This document shows, piece after piece, positions 34,623 to 39,743 of a DNA stretch of 39,743 nucleotides (the first letter of the stretch is position 1; every line of letters starts with the position of its first letter). A program made the position numbers and the translations under genes. The DNA comes from Deltaproteobacteria bacterium (GTDB taxonomy: Bacteria; Myxococcota_A; UBA9160; UBA4427). A model generated the notes under the pieces. That model saw only the letters and a list, made by a program, of their open reading frames with translations. It made no database searches and was not told the DNA's origin. The stretch lies in the NCBI GenBank assembly GCA_011051925.1, contig DRKE01000239.1:1-39743 (forward strand), given 5' to 3'.

Positions 34623-35589
34623 TCGACGCGAGGATGGCGAGGAGCGCGACGAATCCGAGGACGCCCCGCCAGGCCGACGTGCGCGCGCGATCGGCGAGCC
34701 ACCAGTTTCGCGGGCGCATGCCCCGCCACAGGAAGGTGAGGATCGCGGCGAGGGTCACGGCCGTCACGTTTCCAAGGGCCAGCAGCAGGGCAGCCGACGC
34801 GCCGCGTGGCTCGCCGGCCGAGAGCAGCATCCCGCTCGCCACGGTGGGCGGCAAAAGCGCCACGGCCACCATCACGCCGGTCAGGTAGGTGGGGGCGCCG
34901 GTCGTGAAGGCGAGGGCCCCGGCGCATCCCGCGGCCAGGGCGAGCACGAGATCCCAGATTCCCACCTGGGTGCGTGAGGCGAGTTCGGGCGTCCGGGGGT
35001 CGACGTCGAGCAGGATGCCGAGGAGCATGGCGAGGACCAGGGTGAGCGCGAAGCCGACGCCTGTCGTGATCGCGGCCCGCCGCACGAGTGGCAGATCCCC
35101 GAGAACGAGACCCAGGGCCATCGCCATGTTGGGTCCGAGCAGGGGTGCCACGACCATCGCCCCGATCACGGCGGCCGTATTGTCGTAGGAAAGGCCGATC
35201 GCCGCGACGATCGCTGCCAGGGTCACGAGGAAGAGATAGTCCCGATGAAGCTTGGCCCCGTCTGCGATGCTCGCATAGACCTCTTCGCGGCTGACGGCGG
35301 CCGCCGAGCGGAGGGCCTCGTCCCGACTCCGGGAGGCCGTGGCGAGAGGGCGGGGCAGCACGGCGTCGAGAGGTTCCACGAGGATCAGGAGGCCGCCACG
35401 GTCGGCGATGCGTTCGTGCAGGGCATCGAGGGCGACGCCCGAGCGTTCCGCGCCGAGCACCGCTCGGACGATCTTTCCATAGCGTCCGCCCTCCTCGGTC
35501 CAGGTCTGACTGGAGAATTCCGCGAGGACGTCCTGGGCCTCTGCGGCCAGATTGCCCGGGACATGCGTTTCGATGACCTTGAGCGCCAT
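34600..35589 (-). CDS. TIGR00341/DUF389 family membrane protein
   Basis: A soluble N-terminal domain is followed by IGAMVVAPLLGPNMAMALGLVLGD and multiple TM segments, as in DUF389 proteins. The 3' end overlaps the convergent ABC-F gene by 23 nt. Confidence 0.8.
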   Translation of the reverse strand: MALKVIETHVPGNLAAEAQDVLAEFSSQTWTEEGGRYGKIVRAVLGAERSGVALDALHERIADRGGLLILVEPLDAVLPRPLATASRSRDEALRSAAAVSREEVYASIADGAKLHRDYLFLVTLAAIVAAIGLSYDNTAAVIGAMVVAPLLGPNMAMALGLVLGDLPLVRRAAITTGVGFALTLVLAMLLGILLDVDPRTPELASRTQVGIWDLVLALAAGCAGALAFTTGAPTYLTGVMVAVALLPPTVASGMLLSAGEPRGASAALLLALGNVTAVTLAAILTFLWRGMRPRNWWLADRARTSAWRGVLGFVALLAILASIIVFSNR

Positions 35590-35612
35590 GCTGCCTGCCT
35601 TTCTTCGGGCAC

Positions 35613-35681
35613 CCGGCTTCCGAACAGGTGCCGCGACCGTGAGGCTAACCGATCGTCTCGTGAGCCTGTTCCGAAGCCCGG
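35613..35681. repeat. long imperfect inverted repeat (about 16-nt arms, 36-nt spacer) in the divergent TIGR00341/helicase intergenic region
   Basis: ccggCTTCCGAACAGG (35613-35628) pairs with CCTGTTCCGAAGcccgg (35665-35681). The 12-nt core has one mismatch and there is one bulge. The spacer contains CGTGAG twice as a direct repeat. Confidence 0.5.
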
Positions 35682-35874
35682 TGGGTGGCCGCGGAGGCGG
35701 CCGATCCCCTCGCCATCCGGGCTCGGACGTGGAGTGGCCCTGGATGTGCTAGGGTCTGCCGCCAACGATCCCCCGACGACCCATGCCCTCGAAATCGTCC
35801 CCTGGAAGACCGGATAGCCTGGTGCTCCGATCGCGCGACGGGCCCCTCGTCATCCAGCGGCGAATCTCCATCCC

Positions 35875-37851
35875 ATGACTCCATCGAACGATCCCTTTGC
35901 AGCCCTGCCTGCGCCCATCGCGTCTGCCCTCAGGGCGCGCGGCTTCACCGAATTGACTCCGGTCCAGCGGGCGGTCCTCGAGGCCGAGTCGACCGGGCGG
36001 GATCTTCGGGTCTCCTCCCAGACGGGTTCGGGAAAGACCGTCGCGATCGGAATCGCCCTCGCCGCGCACTTTCTGGAAGGGGCGGGACGACCGGGATCGA
36101 TCGTGGATGCGGGAGCGGCTTCTCCGAAACCGGAACCGAAGACACCGCCCCGCAAGCCTCGAGCCTCGGCCGCGCGCCCCACGGCCCTCGTCGTCGTGCC
36201 GACCCGCGAGCTCGCCGCGCAGGTGCAGGGCGAATTGAAATGGCTCTACGCGAATCTGCGCGATCTCCGGGTCGAAGTCGTGACGGGTGGGACCTCGATC
36301 GAAGGGGAGCGGCGTGCTCTCGCGCGCGGCCCCGGATTGATCGTCGGAACGCCCGGCCGATTGCTCGACCACATACGGAACCATGCGATCGACTGTGGAT
36401 CGATCGAACACGTGATTCTCGACGAAGCGGATCAGATGCTCGACATGGGCTTTCGCGAGGAGCTCGAGGGCATTCTCGAGCAGCTTCCCGAGTCCCGATC
36501 GAGCCATCTCGTCTCGGCCACCTTCCCGCGTGCCGTCGTCAGCCTGGCGGATCGATTCCAGAAGAACGTGCTCGCGATCGAGGGCACACGCCTGGGCGTC
36601 GCCAATGCGGACATCCAGCACATCGCCTACTCCATCCGTCGTCACGAGACCTACGCGGCCCTCGTGAACGTCCTTCTCCTGGCTGGCGATTCGCGTTGCC
36701 TGCTCTTCGTCAATCGTCGTGTCGATGCCACGGTACTCGCAGAAAAGCTCGCGAGTGACGGTTTCGGTGCCGCACCCTTCAGTGGCGAACTGGCCCAGGC
36801 CCAGCGAACGCGAACCCTGGCCGCCTTCCGGAACGGGACCTTCAACATCCTCGTCTCGACGGACGTCGCGGCGCGCGGAATCGACGTTCCCGACATCTCG
36901 ACGGTCGTACATATCGATCCTCCGAGAACGTCCGACGCCTATATCCATCGGAGCGGGCGGACGGGCCGGGCCGGGCGGACGGGCAAGAGCATCCTGCTCG
37001 TGGCGGGGCCCGACATGCGGCGCGTGACGCGTCTGCTCCAGGTCGCCCGGGTCGAGGTCTCGTGGCAGCCCGTTCCCCGGCCCGAGAAGGTCGAGAAGGC
37101 ACTCGAGAAGCAGGCGCGGCGGGCCATGCATGCCCGTCTGGCCGAAGCGGCGCCATCCGAGCGGCAGCTCGCCTATGCCCGGCAGCTGCTCGAAGACCGC
37201 GATCCGGTCGAAGTCGTGGCGACCCTGCTCGAGATGTCGAAGGCGAAGCCGCCACGCGAACCGATGGCCCTGGTCGGCCTCGATCCCTTCGCGAATGACC
37301 GTCCGAGAAAGCGGGGAGCGCGGGGCGCGGGTGCTCGCCAGGCCGGAAGTTCCGGAGAGAAGGGAGGCGGCAGGGATTTCGGGAAGCGCGGGACGAACGG
37401 GCGGTCGGCCGACCCTTCGCCGGGCCGGGTGATTCGGAAGGGACGCACGGGATTCACGCGGTTCACGATCAGCTGGGGGGAGCGAACGGGCGCGACGCCG
37501 AGTCGGCTGCTCTCTCACGTGTGTCGCCGTGGCGGACTCTCGAGCGAGCAGGTCGGTGCGATCGAGATCGCCTCGAAGTCCTCGACGATCGACGTCGCCA
37601 GTGACGTGGCGGACGCCTTCGAGTCTCGCGCGCGTCGCCCGGACCGCCGCGACCCCGGGATCGTCATCCAGCGAGAGGAACGACCGGGACGTGTCGCGGG
37701 CAGGATGGCGAAGTCGGGTCGGGTCCCGACCTCGTCGGAAAGGCCGCCCCCCGGACCTGCTCGCGAGCAGACCAGGTCCACGAACCCGACATTCACCGGC
37801 CGGCCGCATCACCTCAAGCGGAAGAACGCTCGTCGCACGGCTTCGCGTTAG
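35875..37851 (+). CDS. DEAD-box ATP-dependent RNA helicase with a DbpA-type C-terminal RNA-binding domain
   Basis: Q motif (GFTELTPVQ), motif I (SQTGSGKT), Ia (PTRELA), II (DEAD), III (SAT), V (STDVAARGID) and VI (HRSGRTGRAG). The C-terminal FTISWGERTGATPSRLLSHVCRRGGLSSEQVGAIEI is DbpA-like. There is an Arg-rich tail. Confidence 0.9.
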   Translation: MTPSNDPFAALPAPIASALRARGFTELTPVQRAVLEAESTGRDLRVSSQTGSGKTVAIGIALAAHFLEGAGRPGSIVDAGAASPKPEPKTPPRKPRASAARPTALVVVPTRELAAQVQGELKWLYANLRDLRVEVVTGGTSIEGERRALARGPGLIVGTPGRLLDHIRNHAIDCGSIEHVILDEADQMLDMGFREELEGILEQLPESRSSHLVSATFPRAVVSLADRFQKNVLAIEGTRLGVANADIQHIAYSIRRHETYAALVNVLLLAGDSRCLLFVNRRVDATVLAEKLASDGFGAAPFSGELAQAQRTRTLAAFRNGTFNILVSTDVAARGIDVPDISTVVHIDPPRTSDAYIHRSGRTGRAGRTGKSILLVAGPDMRRVTRLLQVARVEVSWQPVPRPEKVEKALEKQARRAMHARLAEAAPSERQLAYARQLLEDRDPVEVVATLLEMSKAKPPREPMALVGLDPFANDRPRKRGARGAGARQAGSSGEKGGGRDFGKRGTNGRSADPSPGRVIRKGRTGFTRFTISWGERTGATPSRLLSHVCRRGGLSSEQVGAIEIASKSSTIDVASDVADAFESRARRPDRRDPGIVIQREERPGRVAGRMAKSGRVPTSSERPPPGPAREQTRSTNPTFTGRPHHLKRKNARRTASR

Positions 37852-37863
37852 GCGGACTCGGCT

Positions 37864-38319
37864 TCAACAGGGCTCGCAGACGAAGACGGGAATGTTCCGA
37901 TCGGTTCGCCTCTGGTAGTCGTCGTATTCGTGGTAATGCTGGACGCAGACGGGCCAGACTTCGGCCTTCTCCAGATCGTCGACCTCGCGGGCACGAAGCC
38001 TCATCTTCTTGTCGCGATACTGGACCTCGATCTCCGGATTGGCCCGGATGTTGTTCACCCAGACGGGGGATTTCGGCGCGCCGCCCTGGGAGCCCACGAC
38101 GATGACGCCTTCCTTGTAGGGCACGTACATGAGGGGGACCGTTCGCTTCTTGCCGGTCTTCGCCCCTTTCATCGTGACGAGCATGACCGGCCTTCCCTGG
38201 AAGGTTCCCATCAGGCGGCCCCCGGTGAGCTTGTAGACGAAGCTGTTCAAGCCGGAGAAGGGCTTGATGAAGCGGCGGAGCGTCCTGAATTCTTTTTCGG
38301 TCATCGGATTTTCGGCCAT
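37864..38319 (-). CDS. nitroreductase-family deazaflavin (F420H2)-dependent oxidoreductase (Ddn-like)
   Basis: 151 aa from the ATG at 38319, with GAGGAG upstream. The sequence NSFVYKLTGGRLMGTFQGRPVMLVTMKGAKTGKKRTVPLMYVPYKEGVIVVGSQGGAPKSPVWVNNIRANPEIEVQ is the typical pattern of this family. Confidence 0.85.
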   Translation of the reverse strand: MAENPMTEKEFRTLRRFIKPFSGLNSFVYKLTGGRLMGTFQGRPVMLVTMKGAKTGKKRTVPLMYVPYKEGVIVVGSQGGAPKSPVWVNNIRANPEIEVQYRDKKMRLRAREVDDLEKAEVWPVCVQHYHEYDDYQRRTDRNIPVFVCEPC

Positions 38320-38440
38320 GGCATCTCCTCGCCGATCGATCGGCTTCAGCCGGAGTGTAACAGCCGGCCGTCCCGGGGCGGTGGAGGTCGTCCTCCTCCG
38401 GCATACTGGATCAGCTGATCGATCCAGCCGAGGTCCGAAG

Positions 38441-39088
38441 ATGACTGATCTCCCCGAGAAAGCCACGACATCGGAACCACCCGAGGCGCGCGAAACACGC
38501 TCGGCGGGCCGTCCTGCGCCGCCGCAACGTCGGCGGATCCCCTTCGAGGGGATCGTCCTCTGCCTGGTCCTCGCCCTCTCGCTCTTCGGGATCGGGATCA
38601 CGGACTATTCGCCGATGAAGAGCCGCCACTATTGGGCCGCCATGACCCTGGTCCTCGCGCTTTCCGGAATCGCGATCGGAGGCGCCCGTGCGAAGCGGAT
38701 CGGGCGCCCGGTCGGGGAGTATCTGGTCGACCAGCTGGTTCATTGGGCTGCGACGGGAGCCGCCGTCGGCGGCGTCTTCCTGCTGCTCGAGTCCGGACGT
38801 CTGAACTACGAGAATACGGGACTGGTCCTGTTGCTGCTGCTCGGCCTTTCGACCTTCCTGGATGGGTTTCGGGTCGGTTGGCATTTCAGTCTGATCGGCG
38901 TTCTGATGTTCCTGGCCGCGATCATCGCGGGATTCGTCGAGCAGTATCTCTGGGTACTGCTGGTCGTCTCCGGTGGTATGGCGATCGCCGCAATCCTGTG
39001 GGAAAGGCGGCGAGGCGTGGGTGGCGCTTCCGAGGAAGCCGCGATGCAGTCCGGCGGGCCGGGTGCGGAGGACGCCGGGAGCATTTGA
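38441..39088 (+). CDS. membrane protein of unknown function (about 215 aa, 4-5 TM segments)
   Basis: The ATG at 38441 (MTDLPEK...) starts a charged N-terminus followed by hydrophobic segments (IVLCLVLALSLFGIGI, AAMTLVLALSGIAIGG, VLLLLLGLSTFL, LIGVLMFLAAIIAGF, VLLVVSGGMAIAAIL). No family recognised. Confidence 0.55.
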   Translation: MTDLPEKATTSEPPEARETRSAGRPAPPQRRRIPFEGIVLCLVLALSLFGIGITDYSPMKSRHYWAAMTLVLALSGIAIGGARAKRIGRPVGEYLVDQLVHWAATGAAVGGVFLLLESGRLNYENTGLVLLLLLGLSTFLDGFRVGWHFSLIGVLMFLAAIIAGFVEQYLWVLLVVSGGMAIAAILWERRRGVGGASEEAAMQSGGPGAEDAGSI

Positions 39089-39089
39089 G

Positions 39090-39743
39090 CTACCCGCTGG
39101 AGTTCCCGGAGATGCGCGCTTCGATCGCCTCGAGGCCCGAGACGATCTGGCGTTCGATCGAACGCCCCGAAACCAGTCGCAGACCCACCTCGAAAGCGAA
39201 GGCGACGAAGAACATCCCCGCGATCCAATAGATGATTCCGGACATCGACTTCGAAGCGTGGGCGATCGCGAAGCCCGCCGCGCCGAAGGAGCTCGCGGCG
39301 GCGAGGCCGACCCAGACGGGACTGGCCCCCGTGTCCTCGAGACGGAAGAGATGTCCCGTATGCGTGAAGCCCTGCACGAGGAGGACCGAGACGGCGGCCA
39401 GGGTCGCGATCTCCCCCAGATCGAGAAAAACGATCATCGGGGCGATCAGGAAGGCCGAGATGACGAGTCCCTCGGTGTTGTGGAAGACGTGGAACTCGTA
39501 GATCCGGGGCAGGCTTCCCTCCTTCGCGAGGGTGTAGCCGATCTGGGTCACGGAGTAGAGCGTGGCGTTGATCGCCGAAGCGGTCGCGACCATCGCCGTC
39601 GCGGCGATGATCCGGAATCCCCAGTCGCCGAAGGCGGGCCGGGCCGCTTCGGCGAGCGCGAAATCCCGATCCCGGATGATCTCCTGAAGCGGGAGATTCC
39701 CGAAGACGGCGATCGACACGGCGACATAGAGCACCCCGACGAG
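39090..39743 (-). CDS. APC-family amino acid permease, C-terminal part (5' end lies beyond the window)
   Basis: Continuous hydrophobic ORF open to the window edge. The sequence VAVSIAVFGNLP...INATLYSVTQIGYTLAKEGSLP is typical of the C-terminal half of amino acid/polyamine permeases. The GTG at 39734 in the track is probably internal. Confidence 0.7.
   Translation of the reverse strand, partial: LVGVLYVAVSIAVFGNLPLQEIIRDRDFALAEAARPAFGDWGFRIIAATAMVATASAINATLYSVTQIGYTLAKEGSLPRIYEFHVFHNTEGLVISAFLIAPMIVFLDLGEIATLAAVSVLLVQGFTHTGHLFRLEDTGASPVWVGLAAASSFGAAGFAIAHASKSMSGIIYWIAGMFFVAFAFEVGLRLVSGRSIERQIVSGLEAIEARISGNSSG

Noticed and set aside
1-39743. A search for CRISPR repeats, IS or transposon ends, integrases, toxin-antitoxin pairs, restriction-modification or other defence genes, and known riboswitch cores in the long leaders (5387-5764, 26394-26661, 28330-28573, 35590-35874).
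   Set aside because: I could recognise none by eye. The window looks like resident chromosomal DNA of uniform composition. An Infernal/Rfam and defence-system HMM scan would be needed to exclude them formally.

Overview
This is a high-G+C (roughly two-thirds G+C by eye) bacterial chromosomal segment, densely coding on both strands. I call 36 protein-coding genes; one runs off the 3' edge and one may be cut at the 5' edge. I found no rRNA, tRNA, CRISPR array, integrase, transposase or prophage signature. The gene content falls into five groups. (1) Second-messenger signalling: a tandem cNMP-binding protein, an HDOD protein and a PilZ protein. (2) Housekeeping: gpmI, an ABC-F ATPase and a DEAD-box helicase. 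(3) Acyl-CoA, CoA-transferase and redox enzymes: three family III CoA-transferase domains (two fused in one 822-aa protein), an acyl-CoA synthetase, an acyl-CoA dehydrogenase, a KstD-like flavoprotein and two SDRs. (4) Three members of F420-dependent enzyme families: two LLMs and a Ddn-like deazaflavin reductase. (5) A small iron-related locus: an orphan Bfd-like ferredoxin behind an AT-rich, Fur-box-like operator, followed by three tandem 14-bp repeats and a 55-aa CxxC...CxxC ORF. I do not see a recognisable defence island or a clear multi-gene novel system. The strongest single observation is the dihydropteroate synthase at 23491-24315. By motif content it belongs to the Sul1/Sul2 sulfonamide-resistance clade rather than to canonical FolP, yet it sits in an apparently native, non-mobile context. 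Other points worth a second look are the fused tandem CoA-transferase, strong GATC over-representation, a long imperfect inverted repeat upstream of the helicase, and several unusually long untranslated spacers. Many very long ORFs in the supplied track (up to 1001 aa) are antisense shadows typical of high-GC DNA and were rejected. All family assignments come from motif recognition by eye, not from database searches. Start codons were chosen from RBS, frame and homology logic and may be off by a few codons.
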